NCBI GenBank assembly: GCA_902801415.1
Contig: CADCIK010000002.1
Location: 17,912 to 81,911, forward strand
DNA: 64,000 nucleotides
Direction of reading: 5' to 3'
From: an uncultured Lachnospiraceae bacterium
GTDB taxonomy: Bacteria > Bacillota > Clostridia > Lachnospirales > Lachnospiraceae
Below the pieces are notes generated by a model. It saw only the letters and a program-made list of their open reading frames with translations. It did no database searches and was not told where the DNA came from. The translations under genes were made by a program, and so were the position numbers. Each line of letters opens with the position of its first letter. Position 1 is the first letter of the stretch. Shown here in pieces: positions 37,328 through 47,775 of the stretch.

Positions 37328-39595
37328 ATGGCAGTAGGAAAACTGAGAGACTATACCGGCAAAGACCTTGCTGAATGCACCATTCTGGAACTCTACAACG
37401 CTGCGCTTGCACTGACGCAGGACGCCTGCAGGGACACGGGATATAACAGCGGAAAGAAGAAAGTCTATTATATTTCCGCGGAGTTCCTGATCGGAAAACT
37501 TCTTAGCAATAACCTGATCAACCTCGGAATTTACGACGATGTGAAGGCGGAACTGGCAGAGGCCGGCAAAGACATCACAGAACTGGAGGAGTTCGAATAC
37601 GAGCCTTCCCTTGGAAACGGCGGCCTTGGAAGACTGGCAGCCTGCTTTATCGACAGCCTTGCGACGCTCGGCCTTCCCGCGGACGGCGTAGGCCTTGCTT
37701 ATCACTGCGGCCTGTTCAAGCAGTCTTTTGATGACAGAAAGCAGCATGCGCGCCCTGATTACTGGCGTAAATGGGGCATGGCCAACTGGATGAGAAGGAC
37801 CGACAAGCACTACAAGGTGCAGTGCGGCGATCTGGAACTGGTCTCCACAATGTATGAGATCGATGTCACGGGTTACGGCAGCAAGTGCGGCCGCCTCCGC
37901 CTGTTTGACCTCGACACAGTCAATGAGAGACTGATCGGTTCCGGAATCGACTTCGACAAGAAGGAGATCGAGAAGAACCTGACACTTTTCCTGTATCCGG
38001 ATGACAGCGACGACGCAGGAAGACTGCTTCGCGTCTATCAGGAATACTTCATGGTGAGCAACGCCGCTCAGCTGATCCTGGATGAATGCATTGAGAAGGG
38101 AAGCAACCTGCACGATCTCGCGGATTACGCGGCGATCCAGATCAATGACACGCATCCTTCTCTGGTCATCCCGGAGTTGGTGCGCCTTCTGACCGAGAAG
38201 GGCATTGAGGAGACTGAGGCCTATCAGATCGTGACCGATGTCTGCGCTTATACCAACCACACTATTCTGGCGGAAGCGCTTGAGACATGGCCCAGACATT
38301 ATATCAAGGCCGTCGTTCCCCACCTGATTCCCATTCTCAAGAGAATGAATGAGGCCGTTAAGGCCAAATACAAGGATCCGTCCGTGCAGATCATCGACGA
38401 AAACAGCAACATCCATATGGCGCACCTGGACATCCATTACAGCCACTCTGTCAACGGCGTCGCGAGACTTCACACAGAGATCCTCAAGAACACGGAGCTC
38501 AACAACTTCTATAAGCTCTATCCCGAGAAGTTCAACAACAAGACCAACGGGATCACATTCCGCAGATGGGTCGTGGAGTGCAATCCGGAGCTGACCGAGC
38601 TGATCAGCGAGAAGATCGGAGAAGAGTGGAAGACGGACGCGGACCAGCTGGAGAAGCTTCTTCCCTATACGGAAGATCCTGAATTCCTGCAGTGCATCCT
38701 GAACAGGAAGAAGACAGAGAAGCAGAAATTTGCCGCGTGGCTGGAAAAATACCAGGGAGACAAGGTGGATCCCAGATCTGTCTATGACGTACAGATCAAG
38801 CGTCTGCACGAGTACAAGAGACAGCAGCTGAACCTTCTGTGGGCGATCGACTGCTACCTGCACATCAAGGACGGATTCAGGCCGCGCAGACCGGTCACTG
38901 TATTTTTTGGCGCTAAGGCGGCGCCTGCTTATGTGATCGCGAAGGATATCATCCATGCCATCCTCGCTTTCAGCCAGATCGTCAACAACGATCCGGAAGT
39001 CAGCCCTTATCTGAAAGTGATCATGCTTCGCAACTACAACGTGTCCATGGCGGAGAAACTGATTCCCGCATCGGACATTTCCGAGCAGATTTCGCTGGCT
39101 TCCAAGGAAGCCAGCGGGACCGGCAATATGAAGTTCATGCTCAACGGCGCCGTGACGCTGGGAACCATGGACGGAGCCAATGTGGAGATCGCCGAACTGG
39201 TCGGCGAGGACAATATTTTCACATTCGGTCAGTCTTCCGAGGAAGTCATTGAGCACTACAAGAAGGCCGACTATGTTGCCAAGGATTGGTACAAGAAGGA
39301 CAAGAGACTGCAGAACGCCGTTGATTTCCTGATCAGCGAGAAGATGGAAGAGGCCGGCGACAAGAAGCTGCTGCATCAGCTCTACAATGAGCTCCTTGGC
39401 AAGGACTGGTTTATGACTTTCCCGGATTTCCAGAGCTACTGCAAAGCCAAGGACAGTGCTTTGGCAGCTTATGAAGACAGAAAGAATTGGGCGAAGAAGA
39501 TGGTCGTCAACATCGCCAAGGCAGGATATTTCTCATCCGACAGAACGATCGCACAGTATAATCAGGATATCTGGCATCTTGACCGGGATTGCTGA
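37328..39595 (+). CDS. glgP: Glycogen/maltodextrin phosphorylase
   Basis: SLGNGGLGRLAACF, QINDTHP, AYTNHT, QIKRLHEYKRQ, EASGTGNMKFMLNG (PLP Lys), FSSDRTI. Confidence 0.95.
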   Translation: MAVGKLRDYTGKDLAECTILELYNAALALTQDACRDTGYNSGKKKVYYISAEFLIGKLLSNNLINLGIYDDVKAELAEAGKDITELEEFEYEPSLGNGGLGRLAACFIDSLATLGLPADGVGLAYHCGLFKQSFDDRKQHARPDYWRKWGMANWMRRTDKHYKVQCGDLELVSTMYEIDVTGYGSKCGRLRLFDLDTVNERLIGSGIDFDKKEIEKNLTLFLYPDDSDDAGRLLRVYQEYFMVSNAAQLILDECIEKGSNLHDLADYAAIQINDTHPSLVIPELVRLLTEKGIEETEAYQIVTDVCAYTNHTILAEALETWPRHYIKAVVPHLIPILKRMNEAVKAKYKDPSVQIIDENSNIHMAHLDIHYSHSVNGVARLHTEILKNTELNNFYKLYPEKFNNKTNGITFRRWVVECNPELTELISEKIGEEWKTDADQLEKLLPYTEDPEFLQCILNRKKTEKQKFAAWLEKYQGDKVDPRSVYDVQIKRLHEYKRQQLNLLWAIDCYLHIKDGFRPRRPVTVFFGAKAAPAYVIAKDIIHAILAFSQIVNNDPEVSPYLKVIMLRNYNVSMAEKLIPASDISEQISLASKEASGTGNMKFMLNGAVTLGTMDGANVEIAELVGEDNIFTFGQSSEEVIEHYKKADYVAKDWYKKDKRLQNAVDFLISEKMEEAGDKKLLHQLYNELLGKDWFMTFPDFQSYCKAKDSALAAYEDRKNWAKKMVVNIAKAGYFSSDRTIAQYNQDIWHLDRDC

Positions 39596-39634
39596 TATAA
39601 TAATAGAACTATGTGATCGAACGGAGAGAAAATA

Positions 39635-42328
39635 ATGGGTGAAAGTCATCGCAGCAATAAGATCTATTTAGCAGAATACACTCTTTTCTGGATGGCGGGA
39701 GCCCTTTTTATCTATTTTTTATTAAAATGGCAAGGCAGGAATCTGATGTGGTATACGGATGGCGTATACCAGCATTTTCCTGCCTTTAACTATATCTGTG
39801 ACATTACTGAATCCGTTTTGCACGGTAAGATGGGCTTTTCCGGTATTTGGCCGGTTCAATATTCAATCGGACAGGGAGTAGATTTATTTACCACATTGAA
39901 CAGCTATGACCTCGCGGATCCTGTCAGCTGGCTGTCGTCAGCTCTGCTTTTTATGACCCGTGTACAGAGATATACGATCATGGTCCTTGCGAAATTGTGG
40001 CTGACCGGTGCGGCATTTTCTCTGTATTGTTTTATTGTCGGACACAAGAAGAACCTGGCAATTATATGCGGTTCGCTGGCCTATACATTTTCAGGAACGA
40101 TCCTGTTTATGTTTACAAGGCATCCGAATTATATAAACTGGGGCTATTTTCTCCCGCTGTTTTTGGGAGGGTATGAACTATACAGAAGATGCGGAAGAAA
40201 AAGACTTCTGGCCGCTGCAACATTTATGAATCTGGTTGTAAGCTTCTATACCTTATATATCAATGCGATCCTTTTGGTGATCTATGTTTTGACAAGAACC
40301 GCAGCTGAGGTATGGAAAAACAGGACCCCAAAGACCTTGGCGGAGGAATTGATCCTGGATATAAGGGCAGCAGGCGCCTGCGTGATCGGGGCGCTGCTTG
40401 GCGCATTCTCTCTTCTGCCCACGATCTATGCATTCAGCCAGAACCCCCGAGTCGCAGATGTTTCCGGATATATTGAGTCTATTGCTCTATATGGCGCAAA
40501 GTTTTATAAAGAGACGTTTGTTGTGCTCTTTGCGCCATATATCCGTGCCGAATATACGACCGTTGTCGGACTGCTCTGTGTGAACCTGATCGCGATCCTG
40601 TACTTTTACATGACAAGATCAAGAGATAACAGGACTAGAGCTTTGAAGCTGTACGCGATCGTAATGATGTTGATGCTCTGCAGCCCTCTTGCGGGCAAGA
40701 TCATGAATGGTATGGGATACCCTTCAAACCGGTGGGACTATGCGGTTGCTTTTGCGTCAGCCATGATCCTGACGGAGTCATTTGATGCATTGAGCCAGTG
40801 CTCATGGACAGAGCGCATTCGTATTGCTGTTGTGGGGGGCATATATGTTCTTGTATGTTTCCTGATGCGGGAGACACTTCCGGGATTCAATAAAACGGCG
40901 ACGCTGGTGATGCTTTCGGTCATGCTGTGTGCATTTCTGCTGTCAGGCTGTATCAACAGCGGGAACAGGGCGGCCGTGCTGGCTGCAATGACAGCAATAT
41001 GCATGATGTTTCAGATTTACTGCTTCTATGCGCCGCAGGCGGGTGATTACGCGTCACAATTCGAGAAGATGGAGGATCACGCAGAGGACTTCACCGATTC
41101 CTCACAGCTCCTGGCAGGCCGTTCCTCGGAAGAGGACTTTTTCCGGACAGAGAGCATGGAGAGCACAGTCAACATTGACCGGATCAACCGGGTTAACGGG
41201 ACGAATGCATGGTGGAGTCTCCTTCCGGGAGCTATGCTCAATTATCTCAACGATTTTGAACTCAACTCGGTCCTCCAGAACTGTTGGTTTGAGGGCCTCG
41301 ATGGGAGAACCGCTTTGCTGGAACTCGCGGGAGTGAAGTATTATACGAAAGCGGCGAACGATACATCATCTGCACCATATGGATATGTTTATGCAGAGGA
41401 TCTGTCAGACGACAGCTTCAGTGCGTATAAAAATGAATATGCTTTACCGGTGTGTTATACATTTCGCAGCTATATCAGCAGGGATCAATTTGCCGGGTTG
41501 AATGCTGTACAGAGGCAGGAAGCGGTTTTGCAAGGAGCGGTCCTGGATGAAGACAGTATAAACAAGCTTCCTGAGGAGTTCGAAGAGAGATCGGTTAAAA
41601 GCAGTGCCTATCAACTGCAATATGAAAGACAGACACATAATGGTATTTCGCTTACTGATCATACAATATTAACGAATGAAGTTGGCGGTCAGATCAGTCT
41701 TATTGCTGAGATCCCGGAGAATACAGAGATCTATCTGCAAATTGAAGGGATTGAGATTGTGGAGCCAAATGCCAGAAATATCAATGTGTTCCGGTCAAAC
41801 TGGAAAACAGGATTTAAGATCACAAAGAGGGGACGGATCACAAACCTTGCTGACAATTGGCCTGTAGTGCGGGAAGGGATCACCTTCAATCTTGGGACAG
41901 GCGGTGCCGGAAAGAACAGGATCAAATTGATCATACCTCCTGACAGTGAATTCAGATATAATTCTATAAAACTCTGGGCAGCTCCGATGGACACTTATCG
42001 GCAGCAGGCAGAAGAACTTCTTGCAGGTGCAGCTGAGAATGTCCGGGTGAACGGGAAGCAGATTTCTGCAGCAGTTGATATACCGGAGAGCAGGATCCTG
42101 CAGATCGCGGTGCCTTACAGTATCGGTTGGCACTGTCATATTGACGGAAAGAAAACGGATGTCCTGAGATCTGACGGACTGTATATGGCGGTTGTGGTGC
42201 CGGAAGGAAGGCATGAAATCGTCCTCCGGTACAGCACCCCCTATTTGCGGGCAGGGCTGACCATCTCTCTTCTGACACTGTTTGTATTACTGGGAGTCTG
42301 TGGCTGGAACAAAAAGAAAAAGAAATGA
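39635..42328 (+). CDS. Second YfhO-family membrane protein
   Basis: DGVYQHFP, NGMGYPSNRW, LDGRTAL..L.GVKY and C-terminal VPYSIGW..IDG..PEGRHEIVLRYSTP. Confidence 0.85.
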   Translation: MGESHRSNKIYLAEYTLFWMAGALFIYFLLKWQGRNLMWYTDGVYQHFPAFNYICDITESVLHGKMGFSGIWPVQYSIGQGVDLFTTLNSYDLADPVSWLSSALLFMTRVQRYTIMVLAKLWLTGAAFSLYCFIVGHKKNLAIICGSLAYTFSGTILFMFTRHPNYINWGYFLPLFLGGYELYRRCGRKRLLAAATFMNLVVSFYTLYINAILLVIYVLTRTAAEVWKNRTPKTLAEELILDIRAAGACVIGALLGAFSLLPTIYAFSQNPRVADVSGYIESIALYGAKFYKETFVVLFAPYIRAEYTTVVGLLCVNLIAILYFYMTRSRDNRTRALKLYAIVMMLMLCSPLAGKIMNGMGYPSNRWDYAVAFASAMILTESFDALSQCSWTERIRIAVVGGIYVLVCFLMRETLPGFNKTATLVMLSVMLCAFLLSGCINSGNRAAVLAAMTAICMMFQIYCFYAPQAGDYASQFEKMEDHAEDFTDSSQLLAGRSSEEDFFRTESMESTVNIDRINRVNGTNAWWSLLPGAMLNYLNDFELNSVLQNCWFEGLDGRTALLELAGVKYYTKAANDTSSAPYGYVYAEDLSDDSFSAYKNEYALPVCYTFRSYISRDQFAGLNAVQRQEAVLQGAVLDEDSINKLPEEFEERSVKSSAYQLQYERQTHNGISLTDHTILTNEVGGQISLIAEIPENTEIYLQIEGIEIVEPNARNINVFRSNWKTGFKITKRGRITNLADNWPVVREGITFNLGTGGAGKNRIKLIIPPDSEFRYNSIKLWAAPMDTYRQQAEELLAGAAENVRVNGKQISAAVDIPESRILQIAVPYSIGWHCHIDGKKTDVLRSDGLYMAVVVPEGRHEIVLRYSTPYLRAGLTISLLTLFVLLGVCGWNKKKKK

Positions 42329-42339
42329 GAATACGTGAG

Positions 42340-42375
42340 AAAAGGCTGCCGGCATTGTTGTGCCGACAGCCTTTC
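42340..42375. terminator. Terminator between convergent genes
   Basis: aaaggctgccggca/tgccgacagccttt. Confidence 0.7.
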
Positions 42376-42434
42376 ATATGTTTTAAGGATATGTAAATCA
42401 GAAGATTCGTCTGTGGAACAAGGTGGGTGAATGA

Positions 42435-43121
42435 TTAACGGATCACTGCATTGATCACGTTGTCGAAGGACTCGAGCTTGCGGACGAATCCGTCGTGATC
42501 CACCTCATTGTTGGGCTGGAGAGTAACGAATGCCGAGTATACCTTTACGCCGGATTCATCGGTCTCTCCCTCGATCTGCAGCGCTTTGATGGCAATATTG
42601 CGGTCCTTGCAGTACCGCAGGATGTGGTCGAGGGTCTCCTTGTGCTGATAATTGATAATGCAGCGGAAGGGTTTGACTCTCTTGATCTTGATCTTGCCAA
42701 GAACGATCTCTGCAAAGAGGATCATGAACGTGCTGACAATTGCGCCTTCATAGAAACCGGAGCCGATTGCCAGGCCCACGATTCCGGTTGCCCAGAGTCC
42801 TGCAGCGGTGGTCAGACCCTTGACAGTTCTGGATCCTGTCACGATGATGGTTCCGGCGCCGATAAAGCCCAGTCCGGTGATGACCTGTGCGGGAAGTCTG
42901 GACATATCGGTGGGAAGATTCATGATCAAATAGATATAATGACCGATCAGCGAGGCGGTCGTTGCGCCGATGATGATCAGGACATGGGTACGAAAACCTG
43001 CGGGCCTGTTCTTAATGGAACGCTCAATTCCGATCAGGCCGCCGCATATGATCGCGAGGACCATGCGGAAAAGGATTGTTGCGGTGTTGATGTCGCGAAG
43101 ACCGTTAAAAGCAGAGATCAC
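42435..43121 (-). CDS. MgtC/SapB-family protein
   Basis: GGLIGIER..PAGFRTH, AQVITGLGFIGAG, GLTTAAGLW; GTG start after AGGAGG. Confidence 0.9.
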   Translation of the reverse strand: MISAFNGLRDINTATILFRMVLAIICGGLIGIERSIKNRPAGFRTHVLIIIGATTASLIGHYIYLIMNLPTDMSRLPAQVITGLGFIGAGTIIVTGSRTVKGLTTAAGLWATGIVGLAIGSGFYEGAIVSTFMILFAEIVLGKIKIKRVKPFRCIINYQHKETLDHILRYCKDRNIAIKALQIEGETDESGVKVYSAFVTLQPNNEVDHDGFVRKLESFDNVINAVIR

Positions 43122-43185
43122 GGGAAACCTCCTGAAGTTTGAGTGGTGATTATTGACGGCAGCGAAAGCGTTAAGACGATATTTC

Positions 43186-43920
43186 TTAAGCGATCAGTTC
43201 GTGGATCGTATGAACATAGGGAAGCTCCGCAATGGTAGAGAGCATTCCCGAGTGGGATGCATTTTCGCGTCCCATCTGCAGAACGATCACAGCAGCAGGA
43301 TACTTGCTGCCCTCCCGTTTGGTGCGCTCCACATCGATATCATAGACAGTGGCTTTTTCCGCCCTTATGGTGTCTGTGATCTCATCCAGATATTCGATGG
43401 AGGAAAACTCCACGTAGATCGTCATGTTGCGGAGCTTTCTCTTAAACGCGCTCTCCATCGGATACATGACATCCAGAACGATGAACAGGATGATCAGCAC
43501 GAAGATCACGCAGTCGTACATGCCTGCGCCGGCCGCCATGCCCATACATACGGAGGTGAACAGACCTGCCGCAGTAGTCAGTCCGGTGACCTGCTGGTGA
43601 CCGGAGGAAAGGATCGTGCCGGCTGCCAGGAAACCGATGCCGCTGATGACCTGAGCGGAATAGCGGGACGCGTCAAACTTCATGCCGACTTCCGCGACGA
43701 TAGGGGCCCACTGGCCGGTCATCATCTCGTATTCATATAGGGTGAGAAGGACCGACATGCAGGCGCCGATCGCAGTCAGCATGTAGGTGCGAAGTCCCGC
43801 GTTCTGTTTCTTGCGGGATCTTCCATAACCGATCACGCCTCCGCAGGCCATGGCCAGCAGAAGCCGTACCAGAATGGAGACAATATTAAATTCATGCAGA
43901 AAAGCAAATGCGGAGCCCAT
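43186..43920 (-). CDS. MgtC/SapB-family protein
   Basis: AGLRTY, AQVISGIGFLAAG, GLTTAAGL. Confidence 0.9.
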   Translation of the reverse strand: MGSAFAFLHEFNIVSILVRLLLAMACGGVIGYGRSRKKQNAGLRTYMLTAIGACMSVLLTLYEYEMMTGQWAPIVAEVGMKFDASRYSAQVISGIGFLAAGTILSSGHQQVTGLTTAAGLFTSVCMGMAAGAGMYDCVIFVLIILFIVLDVMYPMESAFKRKLRNMTIYVEFSSIEYLDEITDTIRAEKATVYDIDVERTKREGSKYPAAVIVLQMGRENASHSGMLSTIAELPYVHTIHELIA

Positions 43921-44143
43921 AGTATTCCTCTCTTTGATGAAACGGACGTGCCAAGACTGCCTTCTTCCGGCTGTGCTTCCGGAAAGTTAAAGATTAAAGC
44001 AGAATTTTGTAAAATAAGTAAAGAAACTCTAAAATAATTATAAAGGACACCTCAAATCCGTGCAATGGAGGAGATTGTTATTTCTTCAGCTTGCCCTCAA
44101 AAGACAGCTCTGTTATAAAGGAAGTATGAGGGGAGACTCTGAT

Positions 44144-44821
44144 ATGGACGATAAAAAGCTTAAGAAGATCAGGGAAAAGCGAAATCGTGAGAGACAGGCA
44201 AAGCTCGAATACGGCGTTGCAGTCGGGGCAGCCATCTGTTTTCTGCTCATATGTGTTGCTGTGTTCGCGAAGTGGACGAAAGCCGTGAGAGAGAGAAAGC
44301 TGATGGAGGAAGAGCGGGAGAGGGAAGCACGTGAAGAGGCGCTCCTGTCCGACAGCGTCCTGGAGTATAAGGATCTCATGCACTATTATGCAGCGGAAGA
44401 GGGCATAGAAGAGCATGTTCCGGTTCTTCTGGCGATCATGGAGGCGGAGACCAAGGGTGAGCGGGCTGACGTCATGCAGTCGAGCGAATCTTTGGGACTG
44501 GAACCCAATTCTCTGGGACCGGAGGAGTCGATCGAGCAGGCCTGCAGTTATTACAGCAATCTTCTGGATATAGCTGATGACCTCGGGTGTGATGAGAAGA
44601 GCGTGATCCAGGCATACAATTACGGGCCGGGGTACCTGTACTATGTATCTGACCATGGCGGGAAACATACCTTCGATCTCGCGGTCGATTACGCGGAGGA
44701 GATGTCGGGCGGAAGAACTTCCGGTTATTATCACGATATTGCGGACTTCAACGGAAACTGGATGTACCTGTATGGGAACATGTACTATGTGATGCTGGTG
44801 GAACAGTATCTGCCGGACTGA
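44144..44821 (+). CDS. Membrane-anchored lysozyme-like (CwlT/YocA-type) muramidase
   Basis: N-terminal TM; LLAIMEAETKG..DVMQSSES, QAYNYGPGY, YGNMYY. Confidence 0.85.
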   Translation: MDDKKLKKIREKRNRERQAKLEYGVAVGAAICFLLICVAVFAKWTKAVRERKLMEEEREREAREEALLSDSVLEYKDLMHYYAAEEGIEEHVPVLLAIMEAETKGERADVMQSSESLGLEPNSLGPEESIEQACSYYSNLLDIADDLGCDEKSVIQAYNYGPGYLYYVSDHGGKHTFDLAVDYAEEMSGGRTSGYYHDIADFNGNWMYLYGNMYYVMLVEQYLPD

Positions 44822-44841
44822 CAGCTGCAGACAATGAGAAT

Positions 44842-44876
44842 AAAAAAGAACGGATCCGGGCGGATCCGTTCTTTTT
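44842..44876. terminator. Bidirectional terminator
   Basis: aaaaaagaacggatcc/ggatccgttcttttt. Confidence 0.88.
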
Positions 44877-44892
44877 GTTATTGCAGAAGGGC

Positions 44893-46443
44893 TTAATTTT
44901 CTTCTTCGTCGCTCAGCGCTTCGGTCTGCTGTACCAGAACCTTCTTGCTGTAGCTGGAGAATGCGTCCTCAACCAGTGCGTCGTCCGGCTTGGGGGTGAT
45001 CATGGAGATCACAGGGACGATCACAAGGCCTGCCAGCATGCAGAAGGCACCTGCGTTGATGGGGGACTGAAGCGGCGCCGGAAGGATCGGGCGGGCAAAC
45101 AGGTCAACAAGCATGAATACTACGGAGAAGAAGAAACTTGTCCAGCATGCGAATCCGGAAGTCTTCTTCCAGTACAGGCCATACAGGAAAGGTGCGAGGA
45201 ACGCGCCTGCCATAGCGCCCCAGGAAATACCCATCAGCTGTGCGATGAAGGTTACGTTGGACTTGTACTGTACCAGCGCGATGATAACAGAGATCACGAT
45301 GAAGAGCACGATCAGCCAGCGCATGATCAGAAGCTGCTTCTTCTCTTCCATTTTCTTGAATACGTGTCCGCGGATCAGGTCCAGTGTGATCGTTGAACTG
45401 GAGGTCAGGACCAGAGAGGACAGCGTGGACATGGATGCGGAGAGCACCAGGATGACCACGACGCCGATCAGAAGGTCCGGAAGGCCGGAGAGCATTGTAG
45501 GAACAACAGAGTCAAATCCGTTTGCTGCGATGTCGATCTGGTCGGAGAACAGACGTCCGAAGCCGCCCAGGAAGTAGCATCCGCCTGCTACGACGATGGC
45601 AAACAATGTGGAGATGATGGTACCGGTCTCAATGGATCTCTCGTTCTTGATGGCGTAGAATTTCTGGACCATCTGGGGAAGGCCCCATGTTCCCAGGGAA
45701 GTCAGGATGACGACGCCGAGAAGGTTGAAGGGATCGGGACCAAGGAAGGAAGCGAAGATGCCGGGTGTCGTTGAAACGGTCTCGTCGCTTACTCTTGCAA
45801 GTCCGTCCATAGCTGCCATAAGTCCGCCCTTGCTGTTGAGAACAGCAAAGATAACAGCGGTGATACCGACCAGCATGATCAGACCCTGAATGAAATCGTT
45901 GATCGCGGTTGCCATGTAGCCGCCGACGATGACGTAGATACCTGTGAGTACTGCCATTGCAATTACGCAGATGGAGTAGTCAATGTTGAATGCCATACCG
46001 AACAGTCTGGAAAGACCATTGTACAGGGATGCGGTGTAAGGGATCATGAAGATGAAAGTGATAATAGAAGCTGCGATCTTAAGATTCTCGCTTCCGAAAC
46101 GTTTTCCGAAGAATTCAGGCATCGTAGCGGTATCCAGATGCTGGGTCATGATCCTTGTGCGTCTGCCGAGGATCCTCCATGCAAGGAGGGAACCGATCAG
46201 AGCGTTGCCGATTCCGGCCCATGTGGCGGCGATGCCGTATTTCCAGCCGAACTGGCCTGCGTACCCGACGAAGACAACTGCGGAGAAATAGGAGGTACCG
46301 TAGGCAAACGCTGTGAGCCAGGGACCGACGGAGCGGCCGCCCAGGACGAATCCATTGACGTCAGTGGCAGTTTGTCTGCAGTAGAATCCGATGCCCACCA
46401 TTAAGATAAAGAACAGCAGAAGCATCATTACTTTGATAATCAT
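44893..46443 (-). CDS. Sodium:solute symporter family protein
   Basis: FVLGGRSVGPW, SAVVFVGYAG, TMPEFF..RF, GTWGLPQ, SASMSTLSS; AAGGAGG RBS. Confidence 0.92.
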   Translation of the reverse strand: MIIKVMMLLLFFILMVGIGFYCRQTATDVNGFVLGGRSVGPWLTAFAYGTSYFSAVVFVGYAGQFGWKYGIAATWAGIGNALIGSLLAWRILGRRTRIMTQHLDTATMPEFFGKRFGSENLKIAASIITFIFMIPYTASLYNGLSRLFGMAFNIDYSICVIAMAVLTGIYVIVGGYMATAINDFIQGLIMLVGITAVIFAVLNSKGGLMAAMDGLARVSDETVSTTPGIFASFLGPDPFNLLGVVILTSLGTWGLPQMVQKFYAIKNERSIETGTIISTLFAIVVAGGCYFLGGFGRLFSDQIDIAANGFDSVVPTMLSGLPDLLIGVVVILVLSASMSTLSSLVLTSSSTITLDLIRGHVFKKMEEKKQLLIMRWLIVLFIVISVIIALVQYKSNVTFIAQLMGISWGAMAGAFLAPFLYGLYWKKTSGFACWTSFFFSVVFMLVDLFARPILPAPLQSPINAGAFCMLAGLVIVPVISMITPKPDDALVEDAFSSYSKKVLVQQTEALSDEEEN

Positions 46444-46517
46444 TTGAGTATCCTCCTTAAAAATAGTGTTTTCTCTGGCTCCGGCCCCGGGCAATGGGCC
46501 TTTGCCTGTCTTTTGAT

Positions 46518-46584
46518 TTAGTGCTTTAAAGTTTAACACTTTAAAGTGCAGTGCTTCGACGCTTTGAAGTGTAACACTATTTAG
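46518..46584. promoter_or_regulatory. Array of short palindromic/repeated boxes upstream of the symporter (putative operator)
   Basis: gtgctttaaag, cactttaaagtg, gtgcttcgac, gctttgaagtg and two copies of taacact. Confidence 0.4.
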
Positions 46585-46681
46585 ACAGGTAGTCAATGAT
46601 TATTTTTATATTTTTTTTAGAATTTGAACCAATAGTCAGCGAAAACCCGTATAGTTAGAGTAAAGAAAGGAGTATATACCG

Positions 46682-47641
46682 ATGAAGATATTGATCACAG
46701 TTCCGTTTACTGAAGAACAGGAGAAGCGGCTCCGGGCACAGATGCCGGGAGCAGAGTATATGTTTACGACAAGGGTGAAGGCCTCTGACAAACAGATCCG
46801 GGAGGCGGACGTTATTCTCGGAAATCTGCCGGTGGCAAGACTGGCGCAGGCGGCAAATCTCAAGTGGCTTCAGCTCAATTCCTCAGGGGCAGACGCTTAC
46901 GCGGCGGAAGGCGCGCTGGCGCCGGAGGTCATCCTCACAAATGCCACAGGCGCATATGGTCTGGCGATCAGCGAGCACCTTCTCGCAGCGACCTTTTTTC
47001 TCAAAAAGAAGCTGGGCCTTTACTTTATGAATCAAAAGAACAGGGAGTGGAAGGATGAAGGGCAGGTGACTGCGATCTCCGGCAGCAGGACACTGGTGAT
47101 CGGACTTGGAAGCATCGGCGGCGATTACGCGCGCAAGATGGCGCTCCTGGGAAGCAGAGTCGTCGGGATCAGACGCACCAAAGCGGAGTGTCCGGACTAT
47201 CTGGAGGAGATCGGGACATTTGAGGATATAGACCGTTTCCTGCCGGAGGCGGACATTGTGGCACTGGCGCTCCCCAACACGCCGCAGACCTATCACATTA
47301 TGAATGAAGAGAGGCTTTTGGGAATGAAGCGCGGCAGTATTCTGCTCAATGTCGGCCGGGGAACTGCGATCGATCAGGACGCCCTTGTCAAAGTACTGAG
47401 AAACGGACCGTTAGCCGGCGCATCCATCGATGTCACGGATCCCGAGCCGCTTCCGGAAGATCATCCGCTCTGGCGATGTGAGAATCTTCTTCTGACGCCT
47501 CATATAGCGGGCGACTATCATCTGCAGGAGACGCTGGACCAGATCGTGGAGCTCTTTATAGACAATCTGGGCCGCTATGCAAAAGGGAGAGAGCTGAAAA
47601 ATCCGGTGGACAAAAAGACCGGATACAGAAAGACGCAGTGA
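46682..47641 (+). CDS. D-isomer-specific 2-hydroxyacid dehydrogenase
   Basis: LKWLQLNSSGAD, VIGLGSIG, LPNTPQT, NVGRG, DVTDPEPLP, TPHIAG. Confidence 0.92.
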   Translation: MKILITVPFTEEQEKRLRAQMPGAEYMFTTRVKASDKQIREADVILGNLPVARLAQAANLKWLQLNSSGADAYAAEGALAPEVILTNATGAYGLAISEHLLAATFFLKKKLGLYFMNQKNREWKDEGQVTAISGSRTLVIGLGSIGGDYARKMALLGSRVVGIRRTKAECPDYLEEIGTFEDIDRFLPEADIVALALPNTPQTYHIMNEERLLGMKRGSILLNVGRGTAIDQDALVKVLRNGPLAGASIDVTDPEPLPEDHPLWRCENLLLTPHIAGDYHLQETLDQIVELFIDNLGRYAKGRELKNPVDKKTGYRKTQ

Positions 47642-47698
47642 AGTACACATAAGATCGAGTTCAAAAAGTCGTCTGGTCGGGTTTCCTCAAATGGAAAG

Positions 47699-47751
47699 AA
47701 TGGAAATCGGATTTCCGTTATATTGCAAAATAATGGAAAATATGGTAATAT
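47699..47751 (+). promoter_or_regulatory. Promoter with overlapping inverted repeats (putative autoregulatory operator)
   Basis: TTGCAA-17 bp-TAATAT with TGn; aatggaaat-cgg-atttccgtt and ttccgttat-N8-ataatggaa. Confidence 0.5.
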
Positions 47752-47775
47752 CCTTCTGACAAAAGGAGGAGCCAT

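Noticed and set aside
37277-39376. 699-aa minus-strand ORF
   Set aside because: Antisense shadow of glycogen phosphorylase
44144-44821. CwlT-like muramidase as a sign of a conjugative element
   Set aside because: No relaxase, VirB4, integrase or att-like repeats nearby; standalone chromosomal homologues are common
46478-46510. ANTAR-type dual hairpin in the symporter leader
   Set aside because: Could not form two stems with the required hexanucleotide loops
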